DNA from: Octopus sinensis
Taxonomy: Eukaryota
DNA length: 64,000 nucleotides
Reading direction: 5' to 3'
Assembly: GCF_006345805.1 (NCBI RefSeq)
Contig: NC_043009.1
Location: 36,518,001 to 36,582,000 of the forward strand
In this document: positions 11,205 through 24,971 of the stretch, piece after piece
Position numbering within the stretch: the stretch's first letter is position 1
Layout: each line of letters starts with the position of its first letter
Notes under the pieces: generated by a model
Told to the model about the DNA's origin: nothing
Seen by the model: the letters and a program-made list of their open reading frames with translations, nothing else
The model's database searches: none
Translations under genes and position numbers: made by a program

Positions 11205-11605
11205 TCTACTCTAGGCACTGGAACTGAAATTTTGTGGGAGGGGACTAGTTGACTCGATTGACCACAGTGCTCAGCCAATACTTATTTTATTGACCCCAAA
11301 AGGATAAAAGGCAAAGTCAACCTTGGCAGAATTTGAACTCAGGACATAAAGGCAGACTAAATGTCACTAAGAATTTTGCTTGGTGTGCTAACCATTCTGC
11401 CAGTTCACCAATAATAATTTTTTTTTTTTCTATAGACACATGGCCTGAAATTTTGATGGGAGGGGCTAGTTGATTATATTAATTCTAGTGCTTGACTGGA
11501 ATTTACTTTATTGACCCTGAAATAATGAGAGGTAAAGTTAGCCTCAGTGGTATTTGAACTCAGAATGTAGAGAGGCAGAAGTAACAACAGTAAGCATTTG
11601 GTCCA
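11205..11605 (-). mobile_element. Two adjacent degenerate SINE C copies
   Basis: Repeated TTGACCC...AAAGGCAAAGTCAACCTTGGCAGAATTTGAACTCAG motif. Confidence 0.7.
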
Positions 11606-11789
11606 GTGTGTGTGTGTGTGTTGCATACATGCATGTGTGTGTGTGTGTGTGTCTGAAACATGTGAGATCCAGTGAATGCCCTAGATCAGTCTCAAGCAGT
11701 CCAGGTGGAAGCAACCCAGTAGGTTTAAATGTTTCCTGTAAACTACCCAGGTCTCACAAGTGTAAAGAAGGTTTGTAAGAGCACAGGCA

Positions 11790-12030
11790 TTATAGACCTG
11801 TATTTTCATTGTCTTCTTCAAGCCTTTCTAAGATCACATATAGTCTTTAAGAATAGAGAAGGTATCAGTGGTTTTCTTAAGACAGAAAGATATTCCATTG
11901 TAGAGGGAGCATTGATGATGTATTGTACTACTGAGGTAAGTGAAGTTGTCAACAACCTTTAGGTTCTTCCTGTTGATGTAGATGGAAGGTTCCATATAGG
12001 CTGTGCCTGGTGCTGGTTGAAACATGATAA
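11790..12030 (-). mobile_element. RTE-like LINE RT fragment
   Basis: ORF 11834-12025 contains NLKVVDNFTYLSSTI. Confidence 0.65.
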
Positions 12031-12064
12031 CTGTTCATTCAGACATGCATGCATGTATCTTTCA

Positions 12065-12625
12065 TCATTTACTTGTTTCAGTCACTGGGCTGCAACCATG
12101 ATGGTGGTACTGCCTTGAAGGATTTTAGCCAAAAGAATCAACCCCAGTACTTTATTTTTTAAGCCTAGTACTTATTCCATCAATCTATTTTGCTGACCTG
12201 CTAAGTTACAGGGGCACAAACAAACCAACACTGGTTGTCAAGCAGTGGTGAGGGACAAACACAAAGACGCACACATATCATCATCATCAACGTTTCACAT
12301 CTGCTTTCCATGCTGGCATGCGTTGGACAGTTTGAGTGAGGGCTGGCAAGCCAGAAGGCTGCACCAGGCTCCAATCCAATCTGACAAAGTTTCTACTGCT
12401 AGATGCCCTTCCTAATGCCAACCACTATGAGAGTGTAGTATATACACACATATACAACAGGTTTCTTTCAGCTCCCATCTACCAAATCCTCTTAAAAGAT
12501 TTTAGTTGGCCTGAGACTACAGTGGAAAACTCTTGCCTAAGGTTCCACACAGTGGGCCTGAACCCACAGTGGGCCTGAACCTATGTGGTTGGGAAGCAAA
12601 CTTCTCACCACACAGCCACATCTGG
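12065..12625 (-). mobile_element. Cluster of SINE B fragments with a nested family A fragment (12277-12430)
   Basis: SINE B tail at 12065-12275 and head at 12460-12620; family A 3' block between them. Confidence 0.7.
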
Positions 12626-12719
12626 TGAGATTATTATTGGTGTTTAGTTTAGATTCTTATAGGTTGATATTTGCACACCTGAGTAATGTATAGAATAAGC
12701 TCTGAGTTAACAGTATCGT

Positions 12720-13500
12720 TACTGCACTGGGTGGTATCAAAAAGTTGAGGGTCAGCAGATGTAAATTTAACAAGGACTTGAGAGACAAAAGACCTGAAAT
12801 CTAGCTATGAGTATATTGTATCTGCCAGATTCTATCTTCCCCTCCATGTTAATGTTTATTTTACCATGCCTATATGAGGGGTAGATCAGGGCATGTCATT
12901 TACTATAGCATTAAATATCCAGTAGTGCATGTTTGCCTCATTCTTTTCTAGTCTTTGTAATTTTTCTGCATTCGAGACCCACATCTTTCTACCATGTAGC
13001 ATCACAGTTCATACACAAGGACCATATAATCTACGACTCAGTCTGAGACAAACCCCTTTGTTACCAACAGAAGAAGTAACAGATCTCTGAATTTTTTTCC
13101 ATCCTGTTCTTACTTTGGTTACTATGCTTTCAGAACATCCACCTCCACTGATAATTTGGTCACCTAAGTAACAAAAACTATCACCTGCTTCTAAGATTGT
13201 TACATTGAGATTTGAGAGAATCTATTTTACATCTGCACTGAAGGGTTTACTGATTGTGAACTTCGGTTGCATACAATGTTTACCTTCTTTGTTAGCCTGA
13301 CTGTCACATCTCTTGCGTGTCCATAGTTTACACTGTGTACATTGTAGAAAATTTCTCTTGACCTTTCTCCTGCATTTTGAGCCTAGCAATTTTTCTGGTG
13401 TTAAAAAGGATCTATTTTCTCTCCGTGAAGTTTACATTCTAGATTATACAGTACTTCTGTGTCTGGAATCTTTCTAACTCTGCTACAGATTCTGCTATAA
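12720..13500 (-). mobile_element. Degenerate RTE LINE remnant
   Basis: Resembles the other RTE remnants (1-400, 20860-22400); no intact ORF. Confidence 0.5.
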
Positions 13501-14028
13501 GGATTAAATCATCAGTGTAGAGAAGTTCCCATGGACAGTTGATATTAAATTATTCTGTTGTGACCTGTAGGTTTTATGATAAACAGGGAGCTTGTTTGTG
13601 TACTGAACCCTGATGAGGTGCCACTTGCATGTGATATACATTACTGTACTCATTACTTTAACTTTGCTCACTGCACCTCTACATAGCTTGTGTGTGTGTA
13701 TGTGTGCGTCTTTGTGTCTCCTCTTGGCAGCATGCAAAGATTGTAAAAGATCATTGCCATCATAAAAGCAGTATTCCTCGCTTCCAATCTTCTGTAAAAA
13801 TATGTCTAGCCATGGGGAAAAAATTACTTTGTGTGGAAACAAGTGAGGGTTTGCGACAGGAATGGCATCCAGCTGTAGAAAATCTGCCTTAACAGATTTT
13901 GTTTGACCCATGCAAGCATTGAAAAATGGACATTAAAATGATAATGTATGTGTATAAACTTGCACACATGTTTCCATTGAAATGAGTTATTTTATTTTAA
14001 ATGTTTCATCTGTTTTGTCATCTACCAG

Positions 14029-14190
14029 GCCCAGTAGGAACCATTATTAGTGGTGGAGTTGGTGGACTAGCTCTGTGGACAGCCATATTTCCAGCTGATG
14101 TTGTTAAATCTAGGATCCAAGTTCAAAGCACAGTTGGTAAAGCAGCACCAACGTTTTCATCAGTATTTTTTTCGGTCTTAAAAACTGAAG
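14029..14190 (+). CDS. SLC25A15: Mitochondrial ornithine carrier, penultimate exon
   Basis: cag| acceptor, PVGTIISGGVGGLALWTAIFPADVVKSRIQVQSTVGKAAPTFSSVFFSVLKTE, G|gttagt donor; carrier signature PxDxxKxR; phase 1 to phase 1. Confidence 0.93.
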
Positions 14191-14576
14191 GTTAGTCTCT
14201 TAATTTGATATTTTCTTCTTTATTTTTGTTTTTGTTTTTCAGGTTTTTCATTTCTATTATATATATTCTTTTGTCATCTCATTATTATCAACATCATCAT
14301 TTAATCTCTGCCTTCCATTATGGTATTACTTGGATGGTTTGACATAACAAGCTCTCTGAACTTTTTCCACCCTTTTTTTATTTTAGTGACCATACTTTCA
14401 GAACATCCTCCCCCACTGATAATTAGGTCACCTAGGTAGCAGGAATTATTCACTATCTCTAGAGAACCTCCTGGGCTTTTGAGAAGAATTATTTCTCATG
14501 TGTTTTTAGTGTTTATTGCTCTTGTGCATCTTCCACATACAAAGTCTCCTTTCTCTGTCAGCTTTCATTTAATACC

Positions 14577-14790
14577 TATTTCTTTATTACCCACAAGGGG
14601 CTAAACAAGGACAGACATAGGTATTAAGTCGATTACATCAACCCCAGTGCGTAACTGGTACTTAATTTATCGACCCTGAAAGGATGAAAGGCAAAGTCGA
14701 CCTTGGCGGAATTTGAACTCACAACGTAATGCAGACGAAATACCGCTAAGCATTTCGCCCGGCGTGCTAACGTTTCTGCCAGCTCGCCGC
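14577..14790 (-). mobile_element. SINE family C, near-intact
   Basis: Near-identical reverse complement of 63411-63640. Confidence 0.9.
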
Positions 14791-15918
14791 TTTTTTAATA
14801 CCATTACACCTCTTGAGTTAATTATGAAGAAAGTCATGCCTAGCATAGTTCCTAGAATAAGAACAGGATGGAGAAAGTTCAGAGTTCTCTTACCTTTGTT
14901 GATAACAAATGGTCTTTCTCTCAGAGTTGTATTATACTTGTGTGCAAACAACAATGCTACACAGTATTAGGACATGGACCCTGAATGCAGAGGACATACA
15001 AAGACTAGAAAGAAATGAGGCTTGTACACCCCATTAAATGTGCATCAGTGTGCACATACAACAAACTGAAAATATGTTAAAAGGGAAATTGGACATAAGG
15101 GGGATGAGATGAAATGTGGAAGGGAAGATTGTACTGGTATGAGCATGTGATGCATATGGATAAGGACAGCTGTGTAAGGAAGGGTTGATCACTTAAGGTA
15201 GATGGAGTTTGTGGAAGAGAGATTCAGGAAGAAATAAACCTCAGGACTTTGAATTTCAGAGATGACAAAGGACCAGGACAATTGACTATATGTAGCACTT
15301 GAGAAGACCTGCCCATGTTAGTGAAACTAAGGTTCTGAGTCCCTTGCATAATTTACTCACTAAACTTTCTTCTTCATCACTTACCTAAATGCAGTGTTCT
15401 GCTGCTGTGATTAAATGAGGGCAAAACTACATGATTTTTCTATGATACTTCTCATAATTCAGATCCACTTCACTTAACATCCATCCTTCTTTCATATCAT
15501 TGATTCTCTCCACTCATATTTTACATTGATCACATAGTCTCACTTTCACTCCTACTGCATTGGAATGAATTTGGTAGATGGAAACTGAAAGAAGCCTCTA
15601 TATATATATACATATATAATGTATTATATATTATCTATGGTTATGCATGTGTTTGTTTATATTTGCACTCTATGAAAGTCTCAAGCTGCAAACAGCAATG
15701 TTGTCATTTCTGCTGTCAATAAATCATCTACTTGCCTCATGCCTTTGAAGACAGGTGAAATTAAGAGATCTCTCTCTTTAAAAACAAGTAAAGGTTAGCA
15801 ACAGGAATGGTATCTGGTTATGAAACAATGCCTCAATAATGTGTATTTGTCTGACCCGTAGTAGCATGGAAAATAGACATAAAATGAATTAGAGTCATAA
15901 AATGATTTAAGTGAATTA

Positions 15919-15988
15919 GAATCTCCTATACATTCTGAATCTCCTATACTTTCTGAATCTCCTATACTTTCTGAATCTCCTATACTTT
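15919..15988. repeat. 18-bp minisatellite (TCTGAATCTCCTATACTT, about 4 units)
   Basis: Read directly from the sequence. Confidence 0.9.
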
Positions 15989-16072
15989 CCTTATCACTGT
16001 CATTATAAATGTTATAAAGAATGTAATGAGTTAATAAATATTACAATATTACTAATTCTTTTTCTTTTATAG

Positions 16073-16203
16073 GAGTAACAGCACTATACAAAGGTTTGGG
16101 GCCAACATTATTACGAACATTTCCATCCACTGGAGGCCTGTTCCTCACAGTTGAGTTGACCAAGAAATACATGGGTCTCACTGCTGATTATTTCCATTTG
16201 TGA
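16073..16203 (+). CDS. SLC25A15: Mitochondrial ornithine carrier, terminal coding exon
   Basis: ttttatag| acceptor, GVTALYKGLGPTLLRTFPSTGGLFLTVELTKKYMGLTADYFHL*; not in the ORF track, translated by hand. Confidence 0.92.
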
Positions 16204-16619
16204 TAATCCTTGAAACTCTGCTAAATTGTAGTTCACTTGATACACTGCAAGACCTTAAAAAACAAAAAGCATTGTAAACATGTTTTTGATCTGAAAGCTA
16301 AACAATATATTCATGGCCACAGCTCATGAGCTGAAACTAGAATCAATCATGAAGGAATCGAAGAAGGATCCCATAGGTGTTCACTCGATTTGCTAGAAAT
16401 AGCAGCTAAATTTCTCTTAAATCACTATTTTACCATAAATAAAAAGACACCTCGACAAAAATAATAGTAAATACACAATGGCTGGAGAAAAGTTGGGATG
16501 GTCACAACTGGAACACTTTTAATCATAAATTTGCTCCATCAGAGCTAAACAATAACAACAACGTTTATGGAATTCTTTCCAATAAAGAGATGATTATTTT
16601 TGTTTACAACATATTTGTA

Positions 16620-16626
16620 AAATAAA
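16620..16626 (+). terminator. Candidate polyadenylation signal of the SLC25A15-like gene
   Basis: AATAAA copies at about 16438, 16582, 16621 and 16647, with AT-rich sequence downstream; the site used is unknown. Confidence 0.35.
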
Positions 16627-17129
16627 ATTGAATATATCGAAATTTTAATAAAAACTGTTTATAAATGGAGTTTTTTAAATTACTTTTTTATATTTTCATT
16701 GCCATGGCTGGTAATAGTGAGACATGTTTTTATTGCATTGAGTCCAAAATATTTATATAATCATTAATGGATCATTGGATCACCATGTTTAGACTAAGCC
16801 AACAAGGGAACTGCTAGGCCACTACTCAGTCTGCTAGAAATAACTATATCTCCCTTAAATCACACTCTATTTTCTTAAACAATTGAAAAACACAAAGGAT
16901 TGTGTTATATCCTTATGGAGAAATGAATACACTACAATAGTGTAATAACAATATAATTGAAACAAACGGCAGTAACCACACGGAACGGACTGTAACAACA
17001 ATCTTTTAAGAATCAACAATCCCACATGCTAACTTGAATTGTGAACTGTGAACTATCAACACTCAAACTATGGAATTATTTATTTAGCTTTTTTTTTAGT
17101 ATCTCTTTCGTTTGGACATTATCTCAAAG

Positions 17130-18560
17130 TGTTCAGTCTGCTTTCTTTTTCTCATGCTGGTTCTATGGGACTCTTATTACTTTTGGTACCAGTACATTGA
17201 ATATTTCACAGAATACTTCCATGGGAATTTCTTCCTGATCTTGGGTATGCCTCTTCCTTAGTTGGTTTACATGTCTTTTGTGTTCACTGTGTGACCCTTT
17301 AATTAGATGTACTTCCAATTTTTCTGGTAACAAAGCCATCTTCCCAGCCTTCTTTACCATTTCTATAGGTTTTGAAATGCACTTTATCACTTATCTCAAT
17401 GTATTTCGTTAGCTCTTTCATATTTCCTTTACGTCTTTTTTTCTCTGGTAATAGCTTATCAAAAATGGATTTTATTCTTCTTGTGAACATCAGTTTTGTG
17501 GGAGACTTCCCTGAATTTGTACTTGGATTGGGGGTCACTCTGTATATTCTTAAGAAATTTGACAGTGCTTCATCGTCACTTAATTCATTCACTTTTCTTA
17601 ATGCTCTCTTAAAGGTGTCCACAAATCTTTCTACCTGCCCATTTGACCTCAGGTGGTGAGGTGGAGTGAAAATATGCTTTATCACATGCCTTTTACAGAA
17701 GTTCTTGAATCCATACCTAGAGAACTGTGTTCTGTTGTCTGAAACTAGTGTGTCAGGGACACCATATTCTTCAAACAATTCGTAGAAGAACTTTATAGCT
17801 GTCTTAGAAGTTGGTCTATAGCACCTGAAAACCTCCGGCCACTTAGTACAACTATCTAGTACGATTAGGTAGTAAGTGCTATTCATTGGTCTGGTATAGT
17901 TTATGTAACCACGACCATGGGTTCTCTGTCACTAGCCATGATTGATATTTTACTGGCAGGGCTTTGGCCACAAGTGCACAACCTCAGCATGTCCTCACCA
18001 AATTTTCGATATCTTGGTCCATAGATAGCCAATAGACATGACTCCTCCTCAGAGCCTTCATCCTTGTAATTTCTAGTTGTTTGCCATGAAATTGTTGCAA
18101 TACACCTTTTCGTAATGTAGTTGGAACCACCAATCTGTGGGCAAACATCAGAATATCATTGCAAATTGATGGCATCTGAATTTTTATTGTTTATTTTTTT
18201 AAAGCTTCTTTTGTTTTCGTAATATACTCATCAACTACAGCTTTCATTCTTATATCCTGTGCCATCACTGATAGTTCTTGGATAATGTTCATCATAACAC
18301 TTTTAATTTAATTTTCTGCCAGCAGTGTAGCTATAAAAGTCTCTTCTACTGGTTCCATACATTTTGGAATTAATCTCAAAAGGCAGTCTGCATGACTGAT
18401 TTTTTTGTGATGGTATGTATTGCATTTTGAAATTATAATTTACGCCCCAACATTGCAGGCAGTTCACAGTATGAGTTAGTAACCCTTCTTTAGACCCATA
18501 AATTGACAGCAAAGGTCTATGGCATAGCTTCCCAAAGTGGGTGATTTCAGCTTAAAGGTG
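17130..18560 (-). mobile_element. Ty3/Gypsy pol remnant (RNase H, H2C2 zinc finger, integrase)
   Basis: YLIVLDSCTKWPEVF, PDTLVSDNRTQF, SNGQVERFVDTFKRAL; upstream RMKALRRSHVYWLSMDQDIENLVRTC; several frameshifts. Confidence 0.9.
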
Positions 18561-19479
18561 GGCAATGGGCTAATTTCTAGAAAATGGTGGCCAATTTGAG
18601 ATTTTAGCGAGTGATATGAACATTTTGTGGGTGACAATGAATTTTTAGAAATCAAGTCTGCATTTACTAATATTTAGGTATGCCTAGAATAAGGATGCAC
18701 TTTTATCGATTTGACTACTCGCATGAGATGTTCCTTGTATTTAAAACGCAGACTTGTTTATCAATCAAATATTTTTGTCACACTCATTGAGATGGTTGTC
18801 ATGCATGCTAAAAATTGCAGCCAAATAGGCCTAGGCCTTAAATCACACTCCACTACAAATATTTTTTTTTTGGTTAATGTTAACCTTTTTTTTTTTCGGC
18901 ATAATCGTATGAAGTCCCACGTGTAGAATTCAAATTCACAAAAATTTCCCCAAAACTCTGAAAAATAAAAAAGAGTTATGAGGGGTTATATGTCATGCAT
19001 AATTCTGTGGTTTCATATCAAAACACAAGTGCTATTTTCAGGATGTTGACAAAATGTGCAGTCATGCACACAATGACAGCTTTGAAATCGTGTTTCTTGA
19101 CTGGGTGATTTAAGTGATCAAACTTTATATCTCATATAAGTTTTTTAAAACATTTTTCTGGAAAAAGTTGAATAACTCCAGCAAGTTTGCTTGGAAAAGT
19201 ACATTAATGTGCCAAATTTTAAAATTCTTGATAAACTTTAATTTTTGAAATGCTGGCAGGCAGATGAACTAGATCTGTATTGGCTCCAATAAAGACATGT
19301 CATCTGATTCTGCTCTATTGACTTCTTATTCTCTTTGGGAATACCATACTGCCTTTCTGATGCCATCTATAGAAATTTGTTTTCACATTTTCACTTTACT
19401 GATGCCTCCAGTCAAGAAAATTTGTCAACAGTACAGTAGTGATTATTTATCATTTGGATTTATTCCCCTCAGAACTGTC

Positions 19480-19855
19480 TGTTACCAATGTGCCTTCTTT
19501 GCCATCAAACACCTGTCTAACACCCGTGGACATATTTACAAAGTCAGAAAACAGCACAGCTCCCATGACTTCAGGAAACATTTTTTCACGCTGAGAGTTG
19601 CTGAAGCATGGAACAAACTGCCGGCATCGGTTATTAGTTGTCGGAGCACTGCATCCTTCAAAACTTCTATGCTTTCTGAGATTCGCCAACACTACACCTG
19701 ATTTCCTCCCCTCCATACACACACAAGCATGTATCTGACTCATACATTGTTCGCTTTCCAGACATTTCTGCATTACTGCATACACTTTATATGCACTTTC
19801 TGGCAAGTTGTGGTGCACCTGAACACTGTATACAACAATTTCATTATTATTATAA
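19480..19855 (+). mobile_element. CR1/L2-type LINE 3' end
   Basis: RGHIYKVRKQHSSHDFRKHFFTLRVAEAWNKLPASVISCRSTASFK, then a 3' UTR ending in a (TAT)n tail. Confidence 0.8.
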
Positions 19856-20859
19856 ACAGTGACCAACAAAGCAATGAAACCTGCATGGGCAACAGACATT
19901 AAATGATGATTGTGTCTGAATATAAAGATGAGATGGTCACAAGTGTAACCTTGATCAGAGGACGCCTGAATCATTACTGACCTGGTGTTAAAGATTTCTG
20001 ATGTTCTCTGATATGAGACTAAGAAACAATGCAGATTAGCTAAGGCTGGAGGAAAATGTGTTCAACTGGTCCCTTGGATGTACAAAATTAATTTACAGAG
20101 GACAAAATGAATTGAAATAGCAGGCAAACTATAAAGAATACTGATGTGTATAGGAGAGGCTGATGCACTGATGTGGATATGTGGTTGTTTAGGTCAAATG
20201 ACTAATTTATTTTGAGAAGTCATAGGTGGTACCCCAGCATGGTCACTGTCCAATGATTGAAACAAGTAAAAGATAATGCATAAATAAATGGACTGTCGCT
20301 ACAGAACCAAAAATAAAGTTAAATAAGCTAGTCTTCGATACTCTGTGTCTAGATAAAAAAAAAATTGGAAGGTCACAACTGATTTCTTTTATAGCTAAAT
20401 TTTCCTTTTAAGCATACCCTGAACAAATCAAAAAAATTTTACTCAACCCAAGTAAACTAGAGCAACCAGAGTTATGTACCTTTGTCAAGAACAAAATCAT
20501 CTACCGATAACATAAGAGCTATCTTAATTGCCATAAAGCTGTAAATGTTAACTGCTATATTAAATCTTATGGATATATTCATAGGTAAATAAATGTATCA
20601 AAATACATATCAGAATAGGTTGCATATGCACACCTTGTAAGAAATAAAGTGTTTTTAATTTCTTTTTCACATTAAGTGTGTGGTTTGCAGAAATATTTTG
20701 ACAAAACTACATTATCCCATCATTAAACATACTATGTGCATACAAGTATTTATATATGTGTGTGTTAAATTTTGTTTGTAAACTGATCATCAGGATGACA
20801 ATTAACTTTGATGCACTGCAGTTTTGGCTTGTTTCAGATCAGGGTATGTCTAATGCCTT

Positions 20860-22400
20860 CTTCTTGCAATAGACAACAGCAAGAGAATTCTTAGCTCAGA
20901 GTAATCCACATAATGCACTATCTATTGATCTGAAGGAGGTCTCTGACAGGGTACCATGCTCTGTAGTCTAGTAGTCTTTTAGAAAACAAAATGTCGATGA
21001 ATAGCTTATAAGAGGTACAAGCTATTAGCAACACAAGGATTAACCATGAATTCTGTGAGAAATTTACAGTTTAAGTTGGTGTTCTTTGAAGCTCTGTTCT
21101 CAGCCTACCACTATCAATTATAGTTCTTCAGCTCACAAGAGAGGAATTTATGATCAGATCTCTGTAGGATCTGTAATATACTATAGGGTTAGTTATTATA
21201 ACTGAATCTGTGGGAGATTTAGAGAAGAAGTTCCAGGCAAAACTTTGAGCCAAGAGGCCTCAGAGCAAGCTTAGCAAAGATTGAAGTTTTAATAAGTAGG
21301 AAAGAGGACTGAACCCTGCTGCATTCAGAGAAAAGGGTGAAGCTGGTGTGCAGAGGAGTGGCTGTAATTACAGTTTGGTGTACATAATGTAAACTACAGG
21401 TGCACATTAGAAGTAGTGGGATCCCAGGCAAGTTGACAGAGAAACAAAATGTTATATATAGCAGATGCACAGGCATACTTAGTAGTTAGAACACGAGTAA
21501 CATAAATTCTTTAAAATTCTTAGGTCTGTATCTCTCAAAGTTATGTTGTGTGTGTGTGTGTGTGTCCGTGCATGCATGCACACATGTTTGAGAGAGATTC
21601 TCTCTCTAAAAGTTCTTGCTTTTTGCTTTATCTGATGTTTCATTACAATTAAAGTGCAGGGGTTATCTATAAATTATATGTATGGGTTCTGTGATTTTGG
21701 GAAAAATTATTTAAGTACCTCGTGACAAAATAGGCTTAATAACCACTAGCCTAGGTGAGCAAACCAGTAGTAGAGGAGGGTAACCTGAACATATCAGAGT
21801 TAATAAGAACAGGGTGGAAAATGCTCAGGAAGCTAATAACCCCACTGGCAACAAAGAGATTCTCTTTTTGACCCAAAGACAAATTGTATGATATTTGTGT
21901 GTGATGTGATGTTGCTGCATGAGAATAAAACATGGGGCTTGATGTGGAGAATGAGCAAAGGCTGGAAAGCAAGCATGTTCCACTGGGTATGTCATGTTAG
22001 TGTATGTGAATTGATAAGGCCCTAGTGGGTATAAGAGGATTCAGCAGAACAGTGCAAGAGAGAAGATTGCACTGGTATGGACATCTTATGCACATAATAA
22101 TAATAATAATAATAATTGTGTACAGTGCTCAGGTGCACTACAACTCATCTAAAGTGTATATATAATCAGGTGTAGTTTCGACGGATTTCGGGAAGCATGA
22201 GGGCCTTAAAGGATGCAGTGTCATGGCAGTCAACAACTGATGCAGGCAGTTTATTCCACGCTTCAGCAACCCTGAATGATGACAATTAAGAAAAGAAGTG
22301 ACAGGAAATCCAAGTGGAAGACCGAGGAAGAAAACATAAGCAAAAGTGGTGAAAGCTGATTTTAGGATGCTAAAGAACATGACAAATTGTGAAATGCCTA
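20860..22400 (+). mobile_element. Degenerate RTE LINE remnant (RT to C-terminus)
   Basis: Decayed DLKKAFDRVP-like and VGVHQGSVLSP-like motifs near 20925-21100; GRPRKT-like end near 22310. Confidence 0.6.
22096..22280 (-). mobile_element. CR1-type 3' end fragment nested in the RTE remnant
   Basis: Reverse complement of the 3' UTR seen at 19680-19855 and 52753-52862, with an (ATT)n tail. Confidence 0.75.
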
Positions 22401-23047
22401 CTTTTTCTTGCAGGATTGAGTTGGGTTACCACAATCTGAACCAGTTCTTATTTGAAAATATTGCCCTCTTAGATTAGGAATCACATCTCATTCACTCATT
22501 TCATTTTGCAGCCTAATTTTTATGAGTGGTTGTCCTTCCTATCATCAACCACTTTACAAAGTGTACTGGATACATCTTATAATGGCATCAGTACCAGAGA
22601 CGTTGCCTTGTTTACAGAAAGACCAAGGAATTCTCTCTGCATTACACTATATCCACTTGTCCATTCACTAGCATCAAAAAGTTTGTCTTATCCCTCAGAA
22701 GACCAAAGTGCGTTCCTTCATCTCCAAGTTGTCTCTGTACATTTATTTCACATCCAATAACATATCTAGATACATCACCAGAGTAATCTGTGAAGGGTCT
22801 ACAGAGAAACCTTTCCCTACATTAGGCTTTATTTCAATACTTATAGGCCAACACATTCAGCTTGTTGCCAGCCAGAGGACAGGTGGTTATTGACCAGGAA
22901 GTTCTTAGTGACAGTAAAAACCACTGGGTATAGGAGCTGCCTCTGACATATTTCTCTGTTTACATTAAACAATGCAAGCTGTCACTTTTCAGTCACACTA
23001 CAGTGATTAACTATTTTCAAATGGGATGGTCTTGCACTGATTACCTT

Positions 23048-23268
23048 TCATCATCATCATCATTGTTTAACGTCCGTTTTCCATCCTAGCATGGGTTGGA
23101 CGATTTTGACTGAGGGCTGGCAACCAGATGGCTGCACCAGGCTCCAGTCTTGATCTGGCAGAGTTTCACAGCTGGATGCCCTTCCTAATGCCAACCACTC
23201 CGAGAGTGTAGTGGGTGCTTTTTACATGCCACCGGCACGGGGGCCAGTCAGACGGTACTGGCAATGAA
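23048..23268 (-). mobile_element. Family A RTE-tailed element
   Basis: (CAT)n followed by the reverse complement of the conserved 3' block. Confidence 0.85.
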
Positions 23269-24590
23269 CTTGATCATAAATATTAGCAAAGGGGACTGAG
23301 GAAAAATAGCTCAACACAGCGTCTTGGTGCTGCATAAAGGTGCCCATGTTGGTACCATGTTTAAAGCACCCAGCACACTCTTCAAAGAGGTTAGTGTTAG
23401 GAAGGGCATCCAATCCATCCATAGAAACCATAGCAGCATGGAGAACGGATTTTAAATGATGAGAATGAGAGAGGGTTAATAAGAGAATTTCAAGTCAAAG
23501 ATTAGTAGTGTTTTGTAGTGAATAGAGAAGTTCATGTCCTGTAGGTTGATAGTAGGAGCAAGGTATTGTCTGATGCCAAAAGAAACTGGTCTTATTTGTT
23601 TTCTGTATTACCAGAGTGACACATTACAAAATTTAAATAAAAGAGAGTGGGGTTAAGAAAGGAGAAAAGACGCATCTCTATGAATATTTAGATAGTGATA
23701 AAGATGAATTCTTATAGATGATGCTTGGATGCCCTTTCTGTTGCCAATATTTGATACCTGGATAAGGCAGCAAGCTGGTAGAAACATTAACACACCGGGC
23801 AAAATGCTTAGCAGTATTTCATCTGTCTTTACATTCTGCCAAGATCAAGTTTGCCTTGCATCCTTGGCGGGGATAAATTTAAATTATGTACCAGTTGTGT
23901 ACTGGGGTCAATCTAATCGGCTGGCCCCCTTCCCAAAAAATTTTGGGCCTTGTACCTAGAGTAGAAAAGAATATTTCATACCTGCATGCTATTTCTGTTG
24001 CCAGACTCACACACAAAGAAATCAGATTAAATATTACCACATTTTTAAGATAGATAGCCAATCCTAGGTTAGCCAAGTCGAACTAGCTGTCTAGTTGGTT
24101 AATTAATAAGGGACTCTCCTTAATTCCAAGTTATTTTTGTATCTGTGACTTAGCGACTTCTTCCTCTGGCTCAGAGGCATTCCACTTTGGCATTTTCATT
24201 ACCCAACAGATTTTATGTTTGATTTGTATTCAACCAGCACTAACACCTTTTCTTAATATACAGTCAGCTGATACTTTTACTGACCAGCCACTCTTTCATC
24301 TCTCGTGTTGTTTTGAGAGCAATATTTTGTTTTAGATTCATTTATATTTTAGTTCATTGGCATAGAGGAGTTCCTGCAGACAGCTAGTCTTAAACACTTC
24401 TGTTATGACCAGGAGAATAGGGGGCTGGGTTAGAATTAGGTCTATATCCTAAGTTGGTCTCACCTTGCAGACATCTCTGTACATATTTACACAGCTCTTA
24501 CAAACTATCTACACAAGTTTTCTTAATAACCACACTATAGAGAGTAGTACACTGTTGAAGACCTTCTCCAAATCAGTGAATGCTTAGTGT

Positions 24591-24971
24591 GGATGGAAGC
24601 ACTCCGTCGGTTCCGACGACGAGGGTTCCAGTTGATCCGATCAACGGAACAGCCTGCTCGTGAAATTAACGTGTAAGTGGCTGAGCACTCCACAGACACG
24701 TGTACCCTTAACGTAGTTCTCGGGGATATTCAGCGTGACACAGAGAGTGACAAGGCCGGCCCTTTGAAATACAGGTACAACAGAAACAGGAAGTAAGAGA
24801 GAGAGAGAGAGTTGTGGTGAAAGAGTACAGCAGGGATCACCACCATCCCCTGCCGGAGCCTCGTGGAGCTTTAGGTGTTTTCGCTCAATAAACACTCACA
24901 ACGGCCGGTCTGGGAATCGAAATCGCGATCCTATGACCGCGAGTCCGCTGCCCTAACCACTGCGCCTCCAC
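24591..24971 (-). mobile_element. Young tRNA-derived SINE (family D) with 12-bp TSD
   Basis: TSD AATGCTTAGTGT at 24579-24590 and 24972-24983; tRNA-like head GGAGGCGCAGTGGTTAGGGCAGCGGACTCGCGG...TTCGATTCCC; CpGs retained. Confidence 0.9.

Noticed and set aside
24900-24971. tRNA gene
   Set aside because: The tRNA-like sequence is the head of a SINE bounded by a TSD and cannot form a complete cloverleaf.
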